A stretch of DNA of 64,000 bases from Patellaria atrata CBS 101060 (taxonomy: Eukaryota), in the NCBI GenBank assembly GCA_010093705.1, contig MU006097.1, positions 259,905-323,904 of the forward strand. The letters run 5' to 3'. A program made the translations under genes and the position numbers. The stretch's first letter is position 1. Each line of letters opens with the position of its first letter. Shown one piece after another: positions 1-11,365 of this stretch. The notes under the pieces are model-generated. The model did not search any database. It saw only the letters and a list, made by a program, of their open reading frames with translations, and was not told where the DNA came from.

Positions 1-3000
1 GCTGATTGGCAACATATCCAGGCTTTCCATACCGAGCTTGCACGAGATAGACTAGAAGAGTGTAGTCGATGCTCTGAACGTTGGTTTGATATGGGTCTCC
101 ACGAATCTGTCTTTAGCTCTTGCCATCGTTCTGATCGTTCGAAGCAAGCTCACGAGCCCTTTCTCTTTACGAGTGACAACCACGCCGATCCTGGTGATGT
201 TGATCCAGATCTCCCCGAGCTTACTCAAGTCGAAGAGATGTTGATAGCCCGTGTGCATACGTTTATCGAAGTTCGACAGCATAGGGGCGCTCAATATAAA
301 TATACAGGACATATCTGCAACTCTCTATGCGATACAAACAAGGTTTACAATAAACTTTCCCTTTTGTCACAAGATTTAGATATCATTGTCCTCCGTCCGT
401 CAAACTTTGATCAGATTCCGCGTATCCAGCGTCAATTCCGTAGAGATTACCGCGTTCGGCGGGATTTAGTAGCTAAATGGCTGGATTACTTGTGGCGAAA
501 TCACCCTGGCTATCGTGATATCACTGTCGATGGTGAAGCCCTATCTCAACTTCCGGAAGATGGCTTTGTCGACGACCAGTTGATAGTCTAGCAACTCGAA
601 GCTGAGGGCTCTGATACCGACAATACGGATGAAGCTGACCCCCTTCCAGAGAGCGTCGCAATTCCGGATCTGGTAGCTGAGAACAACGAGATTACCAAGC
701 TTCATCGACAGATCCAAGGCCGTCAACCGGAACAGTTACCAGCTCTTACAATGCCTTCGTACCGCGCCACCCCAATCTCCGAATTCAATAGAAGTCAACA
801 ACTACTTAGTATTGCTTTTCCAACCCTCTTTCCTCGCGGTGAAGCTGAATTTGTTACTCCACGTATTCGATCAATTGAATATTCGGAGTTTGTAAGGCAT
901 CCACTACTTTGTAAAGATGGTCGTTTCGCTCGACATCCACGCTTCCGGTATGTTGTTTTCAACACTATTATGAGAAAGCAGGTGAATATTCGCGCTGACT
1001 TCTTCGTTCGGAAGCTCTCACCTCGAGATCTTACACTTGAAGATCTCCGCCGTGCTTTCCAAGATGACTCCGTTGAAGCCCAAGCTACTGTCGATTCCGT
1101 AACCCGTTATTCTGGATCGTTACGAGGAACTCGCCCATTTTGGGTGGTAAAGATCGCCAGTTAGAAGCAACTGTCCATCAACTTGGTTGCCCGAATCTAT
1201 TCATCACGCTCTCGGCGGCTGATTACCATTGGGACTCTCTAATGAAGCATATGCCTCGCTACAACGAGTGGCTCGATGGTAGCCCTGACCAGCCTATTCG
1301 GATTGCGCGAGAGCTAGTCAGAGATAACCCAATGATTGTAGCTTACTACTTCTATCGGCGCTTTGGCGCTTTTAAGAAGAACGTGTTGCAGCCAAAGTTC
1401 AACATAATTGACACCTGGGACTGGTTCGAGTGGCAAGCTCAAGGTAGTACGTATAGCCATGGCGTCTATTGGTGCGATGGACCACTAGAGCCTGAAGTTA
1501 GTGGTAATACCAGCGAGGAGGTTCGTGATGCTTTTGCGAACTTCTGGGGCATCCATATCTCTGCTATTAACCCCGAGCCCTACCGTTGGCGCTAGTAAGG
1601 TTCAGGTGGTATTGGAACTCGACAACGACCGTTCGATGAGCGTTCAGCACTCTCGCTCTCTACTAACGAGTTAACAAACTCCTTCGAACTCCTGTCGGAT
1701 GTCGTCAACCGGCTTCAATCTCATAACCATGATAAGGGCTATTGCTTACGGAAGAGCAGGTTGACAGGCGAATAAGAGTGCCGATTTGAATTCCCCAAGC
1801 AGCATCGAGATACCCCTACAGTTCTCCCCGAGTCTGGAAAGAGCTGGTCGAAATTCAGACCGGTCCGTAACAACGCGATGCTCAATCAGTATAACCGCCT
1901 TATTATGCTGTCGTGGCCTGCGAATACAGATATCCAGCCTTGCACTGGTAAAGAGGGTGTTGTCGAATATACGGGAAAGTACGCAGCAAAGGCTGAGAAG
2001 GGCTCGGAGTCCTACACGCGGTTGATGGCTAAACTCGTTCCTTTTTTCAATCAGAATGCTCCATATCCGTCGTTCATCTCCAAAGCGATGAACAGGCTTA
2101 TTGGCGAGCGCGATTGGTCTACTCAAGAGGTTTGCCATCTTCTACTCGATCTTCCTCTATCGCACAACACTCGAATGGTTATCAACGTCGATCTTCGACC
2201 AGAAGAGAATTAACCGCAAATGTTCTTTGTTGAAGCTGGCGTTGAAGGTCAGCAAGGCAAGTCGTTACTACAAAAGTATAAAGATCGGCCGGAGGAGGAC
2301 GAGAACGTCAGCTATCTCAAATTTACAAAGGATTTCTCACACCATGGCAAGATTCAGCCTCGTCCACGAGCTAAGCCGCGAGTTGTCAATTTGATGCCCT
2401 ATTATTCACCTGCTGATACTGACAACTACTGTCGTGCGAAGTTAATGCTCCACAAACCATTTCGTCGCCTTGATGAGCTCCTCCAAATCAATGCCGACGA
2501 CGAACCCGTTGCAACTTTTAAAGAGGCTCGGGAAGATTTTCGGGCCATCTATCCTGAACTCGAAGCCGACAGTCTTGATGTTGAGATGCCAGATGAAGAA
2601 GAGTCGTTACTCGAAGCTACTCCAGAGCCCGAAAACAAAGATATTGAGGGTTCGTGGGAAGAACTGGCACGTCGTCTACCAGGCCGAGATGGTGCTGCTG
2701 TTGACAATCCGGACAAACTTGGAGATCGTGCTATCGACCGTCAAGTGGATTGTATGGATAGAGTTGGTCATATTGAACTTGAACATGACTTTTGGAAGCA
2801 GATGAAGACCGAGTATCCGGCTCGAAATGAGGTTGAAATTACAGGTAGTTATGATGACTTACAGTTAAAACAGGAGCTATCCTACGACCTCGTTATCAAC
2901 CATTATTTGGCTGAGCTTGAGCACGACCCTTCGGAACAGTTGCTTCTCCATATCGATGGTCAAGGTGGCACTGGTAAGACGTTCGTTATTATGCTAATCT

Positions 3001-4508
3001 GTGCAAGGCTCGAACAGTTGTCGCTCGTAGTTCAACATGGAATTACTATCAACCCAATTGTTAGAGCAGCTCTGACTGGTGTCACGGCTCACAATATCAA
3101 TGGTAGGACAATCTACGCTCTCTTTCGTCTTCCAATCAAGAGTAAGGCATACAAGCCACTTAGCGCTTAAAACCTTGCTTCTCTTCAAGCTCAGTTTCGT
3201 CACGTTCGATACTTCGTTATTGACGAGAACTCAATGATCGGATTACGACAACTTGCCTGGTCAGACCGCCGCTGTAAGGATATTTGGCTCGATAGTAAGG
3301 ACCTTCCATTCGGTGGCCTCAATATCATCATGGTGGGTGATTTCTTCCAGTTACCACCTGTTGGAGAGGGCGCCCTTTATGATGACAAGAAACCGAAGGA
3401 CCTGGATGAGATTGCCGCTCAGAGTTTGTATACGCGGTTCCGTCAAACCATTACGTTGGATGTCGTTATGCGACAGCAAGGTAACGATCCGACTGCCGTG
3501 GCTTTTCGGTTCGCTCTTAACAACCTCCGCTCGGGCTTGGTGACCGTTGATGACTGGAAGACTCTCTCCTCTCGTGTTCTAGCACAAGTTGTTCTCGATG
3601 GTAGGTATAATGATTCCTTTGAAACAGCGTTACGGATATTCTCCAAAAAAAGAGCAAGTACGGCTATTCAACCATGCCCGTATACGTGACTTACGTAAGC
3701 CCGTAGTTTGTTTAGAAGCTACCCATCAAGGCCCACAAGCTCGAAAGGTGTCAACAGAAGACGCTGGGTACCTCCAGAGCCTATTACCTATATCTATTGG
3801 AGCTCGAATCATGCTTACAGAGAATATCTGGACCGAGAGAGGGTTGGTAAATGGCGCGCTCGGAACAATACATGATATCGTTTGACCAGCTGGAACGCAA
3901 AATCCACGAAAAAAGCCATCAGTCACTCCAATGATAGATTTTGACAAGTGCGTTGGCCCGGGTATTGAGCACCTTGATAAGCACCATGTGCCTATCTGCC
4001 GGTCGAAACGCGAATAGTATCCCAGAACGGTTACTTGCTCTCGAATCCAGTTTTCAATTGTTATCGCCTACGCTATCACCATCTACAAGAGCCAGGGAGT
4101 CACAGTTGATCAGGCCGTGTTGAATATCTCTGACGCTCGAGACTTTGCACCTGGTCTTACCTATGTGGCTATCTCTCGAGTGAAGGCGCTTGACGGATTC
4201 TTATTTGAAGATACCTTCGATTTACGACGACTTCGATCAGACCAATCCGAAACACACCGTATGCGGACCAGAGATCTCCAACAACGGGCCGGTCAAGAGG
4301 TTCTGCTTGAGGTACGTGAAAGGCTACAACACCAACCCCAAGTCCGCGTTCAAAACCAAATACTAACTACTAACAGAACGATGAGACCGAACTACCTCCA
4401 CCTTATACGCAACCGGAACGACTCACCTCTCCGATAGAGCAACTCACTTCTGAATTCGTTGGCTTATTCTCGAGTGACCCACGAAGCGAGATGGATATTG
4501 ACGGCTAA
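1..4508 (+). mobile_element. Helitron-like element Rep/helicase gene (DUF6570-like + HUH Rep + PIF1 helicase), pseudogenised; 5' part lies outside the window
   Basis: Collinear ORF fragments give LPELTQVEEMLIARVH (DUF6570-like), AFPTLFPRG, GSLRGTRPFW, LFITLSAAD, FEWQAQGSTYSHG (degenerate HUH), EYTGKYAAK (YxxKY), GQGGTGKT (Walker A), IDENSMIG, GDFFQLPPV, GLVNGALG, YAITIYKSQG and GLTYVAISRV. In-frame stops and frameshifts interrupt the frame. A probable terminal intron GTACGT..CTAACAG at 4312-4376 leads to a stop at 4506-4508. Element termini were not identified. Confidence 0.9.
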
Positions 4509-5958
4509 TGGCGACTACAATGGTATGGTGGAATCACAGTTTGGGGCTGTTGGTATGCCACGACAGGGCAATTTTCACTCAAATACAGGGGGTTATGCTG
4601 TCAGATCGATATCTCCGCTCCGCTCCACCCCTGTGGTCGAAAAGTTGTATTTAAGCACCTAAAATCACTCTATTTGAGAGCACAATCAAAAGCTGTTTAA
4701 AATGCTCCAATTCGACTTTTAAGATAATGTTAACTGATCGATAACGTAACCTTACTTTTGGCTTGACTTTTGGACTTTTAGCGCCGTTACTCTCTGATAT
4801 TGCCGTTTCCGATTAGCCCATACTCGTGAAATGCCTCGCTTAGCTGGGCACCCTATTTGTTGTTTACGAACAAGTATGATATTACTGTACCTGTCAGATA
4901 TAAGCCTTACTGCCAAACTCGGCATTAAGGTCGGCCTTTTGCCGTAGTGGTATAATCTCACAGTACCTTAGTAGAACAGCTTAAGCTGTCCCAACACCTT
5001 CTTTCCTTAAGTTTAAGCTTCATGTACATACAGCAATATACATTTCAGCTTTCATTTGAGGTTGAGCCCTGACACTCACCTCCTAATTCACTGTGAATAG
5101 ACAGATAGACATCTAGTGATATACAACACAGCGTGTAGCCGTTGGGTCACGATAACAGGAGGGGCCAAATACCTTACGATCGAAGACGACACATTCAGTG
5201 GTATGTCTACTTTCGATACCAGGATCCACAGTTCTACGGTTCATCAAGAGACATCCATAGCACGACATTTAGAGTAATTCGAAACGAACGGGAGCTCAGT
5301 CTTTAAGCGCCGTAGCTTATGGATTAGCAGCTGGCTGCATCTATAATTTCGCGCAGACCGAATACAGGGGCAAATGATTCTGCCCCCCACCAAAAGAGCG
5401 TCATCAATATTGAAGAATTGTTGAGTTCACCGTCACGAGGAAGAGTTGCTTTCCGTGCAGGCCTAAAATGGACGATCAAAAACTCATCCTTCTCATCTCG
5501 TACCACATCTCAAATCGCAATATTCTCTTACGATACTCGAGTGTCTTTCGTCTACCTAACGGAGTAAAATCACAGTGCAATGAAGATGTCGACCGAGAAG
5601 AGGGAGTGAATAAGCAACCGGGCGGCCCATCCAAGCTATTGGTAGGGAAGTTATTCATGCTGTGTCGGCAGATATTCCGCAAACGTCTGATACACCGACG
5701 AACCCATCGAATGGTTGCCCAGGTTTTGTGTAAAGGTGGCTCACTATGCGCTCCAATTGCAGTCTCAGTGCTGCTCGAGTGCCCTCCTTGCAGATCTTCA
5801 GCCTTGCGATGAGCAAAATTGAAAAGGAGGGCATCCCATCCTGAGAGCGCAAAATTTCGTCGTAACTATTCTCTATTCCAAATCATCAATCAATTCACCC
5901 TTATAAAATTATTTCCCTCGCGGTCAATTTACCCATATATTGAAGCAAATATCCTCTA

Positions 5959-8703
5959 ATGGCTGCGAATCATCTCCCTCAATACTTGTTCAAGTACTGC
6001 CCCCTTCAAAAAATAACAGAAATCCGTATAATAAAACTTCACCCTAACGGAACTCGAGATGCAGACATTGATTGTGAGCTGTCTGTTCTTGACCTAGAGG
6101 CCAAAGAGGAGGAAGCATACGGTGCAGTTTCATGGTGTTGGGGAAAGGCCGGCGATGGTGGTGCCAACAAAAAGATACGTATCCGGCATGGCGATACTTG
6201 GTATTCTTTTATCATATCACCCAATCTCGATCTTGCCCTCCGTACACTCAGACCTAGTAAAGCTGGGACCCCGAAAATCCTATGGATTGATGCAATCTGC
6301 ATCAATCAAGATGACCCGAGGGAGAAGAATAACCAGGTACCGATGATGGCCAAGATATATGGCAACGCTCACCGTATTCACGTCTGGCTTGGGGAGGAAG
6401 ATAAAGGGAGCTCTCACGCAATGAATTTCATCACCAAACTTGTGAAAGATCTCACTGCTTTCGATTCGTTGATTAGGCAAAAGGACGACGAGGCCGCTCG
6501 CAACTGGGATGCACTGGCCGCGCTCATGAAGAGGGACTGGTTTACACGGAAGTGGGTAATTCAAGAAATTACTCTAGCTAAAAGGGCAGAACTTCTTTGT
6601 GGGGACAAACGTGTTACGTGGCGTGACTTCGCCGACGCCGTGTCTCTCTTCAACGAGGTAGAAACAGGTACCCGCAGCCTCTCTCGCATAATGAAGAGCA
6701 GGGAAGACTTTGGCAATGTGTCAGACTTCTTCGGTCACGTTCCCGCTTTCAGTGCAACGCGTTTAGTTGAAGCTACTAATGAGCTCTTTACCCCCTCCAA
6801 GGATGGTCAGAAAAAACCTCTAAGGAGTTTGGAATATCTAGTGTCTACACTTAGCTCCTTCAATGCCACCGAGCCGCGTGATACAATCTATGGCCTCCTC
6901 GCCATTGCGAAAGATACAAGCCCACGCACAGCAAAACCACTGGATGATAAAGAGCTTGCAGATTTACCGCCTGACATCCGCCACAGATTAAAGCTGTGGG
7001 GCCGTTCAACCATTCGAACTGAGTTCTACAACGTCGACTATAAGCAGAGTACAGTACAAGTCTTTAAAGAGTTTATCATGTTTGCCATCTCGAAAGCGGA
7101 TCGAACCCGGGCACTCGATGTGATCTGTAGACCTTGGGCGCCTGTACCTCGAAAACCCAAAGATAGGAAGAGAAAGCATCCACAAGATGAAATTGACGAT
7201 GAAATTTTGGAAGATATCTACATGTCAAACGACGAAGATGACGCTGGTCAGCAGAGGGTAAAGGGGAGGGAGGATAAAACAGAAGCGTATGTTGGTGCGC
7301 GAGCCAAAGAAGAAACAGACCCAGATTTGCCGTCCTGGATACCTCAAGTCACAAATCGTCCCTTTGATTTGGATGGCAAGAAACAGCGAATGGAACGAAA
7401 GAACGCTGATGCATTATGCGGTATGCCAGGCCAAAACAAAAACTACACGGCTGCCGGATCGAGGACAGTTACGAAGAGGCTCAAGTTCGAAGATGGTGAA
7501 ACTCATCACAGTAACTCTATCAAAGATGGCGAGCCATATTATAGCATGTTTGTTGAGGGTTTCGAACTTGACGTGGTAGCGGATCTTCAATGGCCATCAC
7601 TGAATGGAGTGATACCAAGAGAATGGAGGCTTTTAGGCAAATGGAAGGATTATGAAAGCGCTCCTCCAGATGAATTCTGGAGGACGCTTGTGGGAGACAG
7701 AGGCCAATTCAGTAGGAACACAATGAACTTCTATCCAAGGACCTGCCTTCATGCCATGCAACAATGCGTTCCAGATGATAACATCGACACAAACTTGATC
7801 ATCAATGACAACGTCTGTTCAATTACTTGTGAATTTTTACGACGAGTCCAGGCTGTTGTCTGGAACCGTTGCCTAATGCGCAGTAAGGAAACCAAGCAAC
7901 TCGGCTTGGTCCCCAAGTATTCAAAAAATAACGACCTTATCTGCATTCTATATGGATGCAGTGTACCTGTAATACTACGCAGATACGAAAAGACCGATGG
8001 TCAAATTGAGAATGAACGAGAGCAGAGGGAAGAGAGGAACCGTGCAAAGATTCAGGACGCTGCTATAAAGATACAGAGAGCGTTTCGTGGTAGAAAAAAA
8101 AGGAATCGGTCCCTCAGACCACCATTTTCAATTAAGTACTTTTCTATAGACTCTGCTCCTGCGGAAATGACGCGTGGATTAACGCCAGCTGGAACTGCGT
8201 CGTCCGGTACTTTAACATCCACAACTCCTGGACAAACAATCCCTGAGGGGAACCAGTCTCAAGAAATCATACTGAACGGCAAGATGCCGAGCGAAGAGAC
8301 TTTGATTAAAGACACGTTGAGCGGAGAGGTCAACACCACAAACGGAGACGGAAATATGCCGAACGGAGACGCAAACATACCAAATGGGGAAATGCTGAAT
8401 AGCAAAGCACAAAGAGGAAAAACGCTAAATGGGGAGGTGCCGAACGGAGAGATTAGTGAGAGAAGTGATGCTGGATCGAAGAAACCCGAAGCATTTAAAG
8501 AAACAATGTTCCAAGCAAGGACATCTGGTTTACCAATACCTGAAATAACTACCCCGAAACTATCTTTGTCCGAAAGAAGGTCTGATGAACGATACTACTA
8601 CGAATTTGTTGGAGAAGCCTATGTACACGGCATGATGAATGGCGAAGCAATCGACTACTTCGCAAGTGCTGGATTGAAGTCACAGCTTTTTGAACTTCGA
8701 TGA
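5959..8703 (+). CDS. Heterokaryon incompatibility (HET domain, HET-6-like) protein with an IQ-motif-containing insert
   Basis: 914-aa open ORF. HET motifs IRIIKLHP, YGAVSWCWG, LWIDAICINQDDPREKNNQVPMMAKIY and WFTRKWVIQE; also ATEPRDTIYGLL, LPSWIP and the C-terminal ICILYGCSVPVILR...FVGEAYVHGMMNGEA. Confidence 0.93.
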   Translation: MAANHLPQYLFKYCPLQKITEIRIIKLHPNGTRDADIDCELSVLDLEAKEEEAYGAVSWCWGKAGDGGANKKIRIRHGDTWYSFIISPNLDLALRTLRPSKAGTPKILWIDAICINQDDPREKNNQVPMMAKIYGNAHRIHVWLGEEDKGSSHAMNFITKLVKDLTAFDSLIRQKDDEAARNWDALAALMKRDWFTRKWVIQEITLAKRAELLCGDKRVTWRDFADAVSLFNEVETGTRSLSRIMKSREDFGNVSDFFGHVPAFSATRLVEATNELFTPSKDGQKKPLRSLEYLVSTLSSFNATEPRDTIYGLLAIAKDTSPRTAKPLDDKELADLPPDIRHRLKLWGRSTIRTEFYNVDYKQSTVQVFKEFIMFAISKADRTRALDVICRPWAPVPRKPKDRKRKHPQDEIDDEILEDIYMSNDEDDAGQQRVKGREDKTEAYVGARAKEETDPDLPSWIPQVTNRPFDLDGKKQRMERKNADALCGMPGQNKNYTAAGSRTVTKRLKFEDGETHHSNSIKDGEPYYSMFVEGFELDVVADLQWPSLNGVIPREWRLLGKWKDYESAPPDEFWRTLVGDRGQFSRNTMNFYPRTCLHAMQQCVPDDNIDTNLIINDNVCSITCEFLRRVQAVVWNRCLMRSKETKQLGLVPKYSKNNDLICILYGCSVPVILRRYEKTDGQIENEREQREERNRAKIQDAAIKIQRAFRGRKKRNRSLRPPFSIKYFSIDSAPAEMTRGLTPAGTASSGTLTSTTPGQTIPEGNQSQEIILNGKMPSEETLIKDTLSGEVNTTNGDGNMPNGDANIPNGEMLNSKAQRGKTLNGEVPNGEISERSDAGSKKPEAFKETMFQARTSGLPIPEITTPKLSLSERRSDERYYYEFVGEAYVHGMMNGEAIDYFASAGLKSQLFELR

Positions 8704-9022
8704 TACCGATCAGTTTTATCTGATTACTTCTTCTCAAGTCTATGTTTGTTGCGACAATATTTCTTATACCATGATCTGAATGTGGCTCCTGCGACCGTTG
8801 ATGTCAGTATTTGAGCCGATAGAACACCTTCACTATTGAGACGCAGCTTGTTAAGAATACTATTCGTTAAGAAATTCAAATATACCGCAGTGAATAAAAT
8901 CATATTCATATCCCATCACCTTCTAATAATCATCAGGATCTAGATTGTCAGTATATTTCTATCAGCCTTTCTTCCATCAATGTTCAATACACTGATAATA
9001 TTTTCCCACGTAGCAAACCAGT

Positions 9023-9108
9023 ACGTACGGCCACAGAATAAGGAAAATAGGGAATCCCGTCCGTTCTGCCACGAAGGGTGACTCTACCATGTATTGGTGT
9101 AAAAAAGT
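9023..9108 (+). pseudogene. Truncated, degenerate 5S rRNA copy
   Basis: 44 of the first 49 nt match the intact 5S at 12380. An 8-nt insertion (GAAGGGTG) follows, then weak similarity to about 5S nt 80. The 3' third is missing. Confidence 0.8.
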
Positions 9109-9566
9109 AAAATACTTCTTCTAAGATCTTTAGTCCGTTAATTAGGTTTTAGAAATCTCGAATGTAGTAAGGGCTCGATATCGCAGCTAAGCGCTTTAAA
9201 CAGCGCCACTAATATACTCGAAAGGTAAACTCGTACTAACTAGCTTTTCCCTACCTCAGATTTTTTTGTCACGGTTCGCAATTAGCACGTGACTTCTTCA
9301 TGCACAGCCCCTTCTATCGTGGCTGGCATGGCTAGTATCTTGGCAAGCAGTCAAGATTACACATCTGTACGTCGTTTAGCAACCTCCGTAGTAAAATTCT
9401 CGTTCAACTCCAATACTATCTATTAGTACTTGTTCGAGCCCTGACATATATTTTTGATATAGGAATAATAGCACAATAGTGCTATTACTTTAGAATTAAA
9501 ATTATCAAGTAAGTAGACAATAAAAAGAAAGTATTCTAAGATTCCATCTTAGAGGATGGAGTGCCA

Positions 9567-9892
9567 TGTTACGGCCACAAGTTGTAAAAGCATGCAGACA
9601 ACGAGTGAGGGGAAAGAAGGAACACCACTCGGGAGAACTGCGGATGAAACCAGCAATAGCGAATCACGTGACTTGGACGTTTGGACGTGTGGACGTTTTG
9701 GTCGTAAGAAACGACCAGACGACCAAACGACCAGAACGACCAGAGTGTAAGCACACCAAATTGACTATGAAGGATAGGAATATTCAAGGACGGTCTTTCC
9801 CTCATGTATTTAGATTCTTCGTAGTTATTCTTACCATCAATCTTACCCATAGATTTGGATGTTACGGTTTTGAACTTGACTTCACTTGTTAC
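9567..9892 (+). mobile_element. LTR-like segment (retrotransposon solo-LTR candidate), runs into the gap
   Basis: Begins TGTTACGGCCACA. Contains short internal repeats (GGACGT, ACGACCAG) and a TATA-like GAATATTCAAGG. Homologous to 10258-10530 and 11118-11365 on the minus strand. Confidence 0.6.
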
Positions 9893-10257
9893 NNNNNNNN
9901 NNNNNNNNNNNNNNNNNNNNNNNNNNNNNNNNNNNNNNNNNNNNNNNNNNNNNNNNNNNNNNNNNNNNNNNNNNNNNNNNNNNNNNNNNNNNNNNNNNNN
10001 NNNNNNNNNNNNNNNNNNNNNNNNNNNNNNNNNNNNNNNNNNNNNNNNNNNNNNNNNNNNNNNNNNNNNNNNNNNNNNNNNNNNNNNNNNNNNNNNNNNN
10101 NNNNNNNNNNNNNNNNNNNNNNNNNNNNNNNNNNNNNNNNNNNNNNNNNNNNNNNNNNNNNNNNNNNNNNNNNNNNNNNNNNNNNNNNNNNNNNNNNNNN
10201 NNNNNNNNNNNNNNNNNNNNNNNNNNNNNNNNNNNNNNNNNNNNNNNNNNNNNNNNN
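9893..10257. other. Assembly gap (365 N)
   Basis: Run of N. Confidence 1.
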
Positions 10258-10530
10258 GTCAAGTTCAAAACCGTAACATCCAAATCTATGGGTAAGATTG
10301 ATGGTAAGAATAACTACGAAGAATCTAAATACATGAGGGAAAGACCGTCCTTAAATATTCCATTCCTCGCAATTCGATTTGGTGGTGTTCAGTCTTGCTC
10401 AATGCTCAATACCTTTGAGCACCGTCGATCATTGATCACGTCACGTGACCTCCGTTCCAGTTGTTCCGTTCCGACACCCCGTGCTACCGTCTTATTGGCA
10501 CTGCCGCTCTGTTGACCTGTGGCCGTAACA
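10258..10530 (-). mobile_element. Second LTR-like segment, inverted relative to 9567-9892
   Basis: Minus strand begins TGTTACGGCCACAG at 10530. 10258-10361 is the reverse complement of 9777-9880 at 103/104 nt. Confidence 0.6.
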
Positions 10531-10703
10531 GCTATATACTCCGTCTCCACCCCCATTCAATAAGGTGCTAGCGGAAAGAGTAATCAGATATCTTCCCTGC
10601 ATCGAACGTGGAAAAGATCTCTAGCCTCTAATAACTGTAACTCCTTTCTCTCCTTAACTCAATCTTTTCGCACTATATTTTGGTTACATTAACTAGATCT
10701 AAT

Positions 10704-11365
10704 TGTTACGACGGGAGTCTATACTTATCGAGACAGAACAAGACAAGTCTAGAAACGCGCAAGGCTTCTCACTAACGTTGTTACGATCTGGATCTCAACG
10801 ATCGTAACAGTGGTTAGTGGCACGATGGATTAACGTCGGTCCATAGGCCTTGGCACACATGTAGACATATCTTCCCCTACCACCACGTAGATAGCTCCTC
10901 AACTTGTGGTCCTTCGTCAATAGTAGTATCGTTGTGGTCAGCTCGCATCTGAAGATACTCGCTGTGACAAATGTGATCTTCCTTCTAAGGTAGGTTCCGC
11001 TAATTATAGGAAAACAGGGAAAGGTTTGCACTTCAAGTTAACGATACAATTTGCCGACTCTTTAACTCAATCACACAAGCTCACAAGCGAGATAAAGAGG
11101 TACTGTATGGAAATAGAGTGACAAGTAAGAGTTAAGTCGTAAGACTGTAACATCCAATCTTATAATAAGATATATTGGTAAGAAGAACTACGAAGAATCT
11201 GAATATATGCGTAAAGAAGCGTCCTTAAGTATTTCTCCTTCGAGTCCTATTCGAGTGCCCAGACGTTCTGGTCGTCCTGGCCGTTATAGTCGTCTCCTAC
11301 GTCCGCTACGTCCACTACATCCACTACGTCTAAACCTTTTGGTCGTTCTAGTCGCAATGGTCGTC
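10704..11365 (-). mobile_element. Third, more diverged LTR-like copy of the same family (boundaries approximate)
   Basis: 11118-11235 resembles the shared block (GTAACATCCAA..GGTAAGAAGAACTACGAAGAATCT..GTCCTTAA). CTGGTCGT and ACGTCC repeats mirror those of the first copy. Candidate ..CGTAACA ends on the minus strand at 10779 or 10704. Confidence 0.5.

Noticed and set aside
9566..10515. Long ORFs spanning the N run
   Set aside because: Artefacts of untranslatable gap bases
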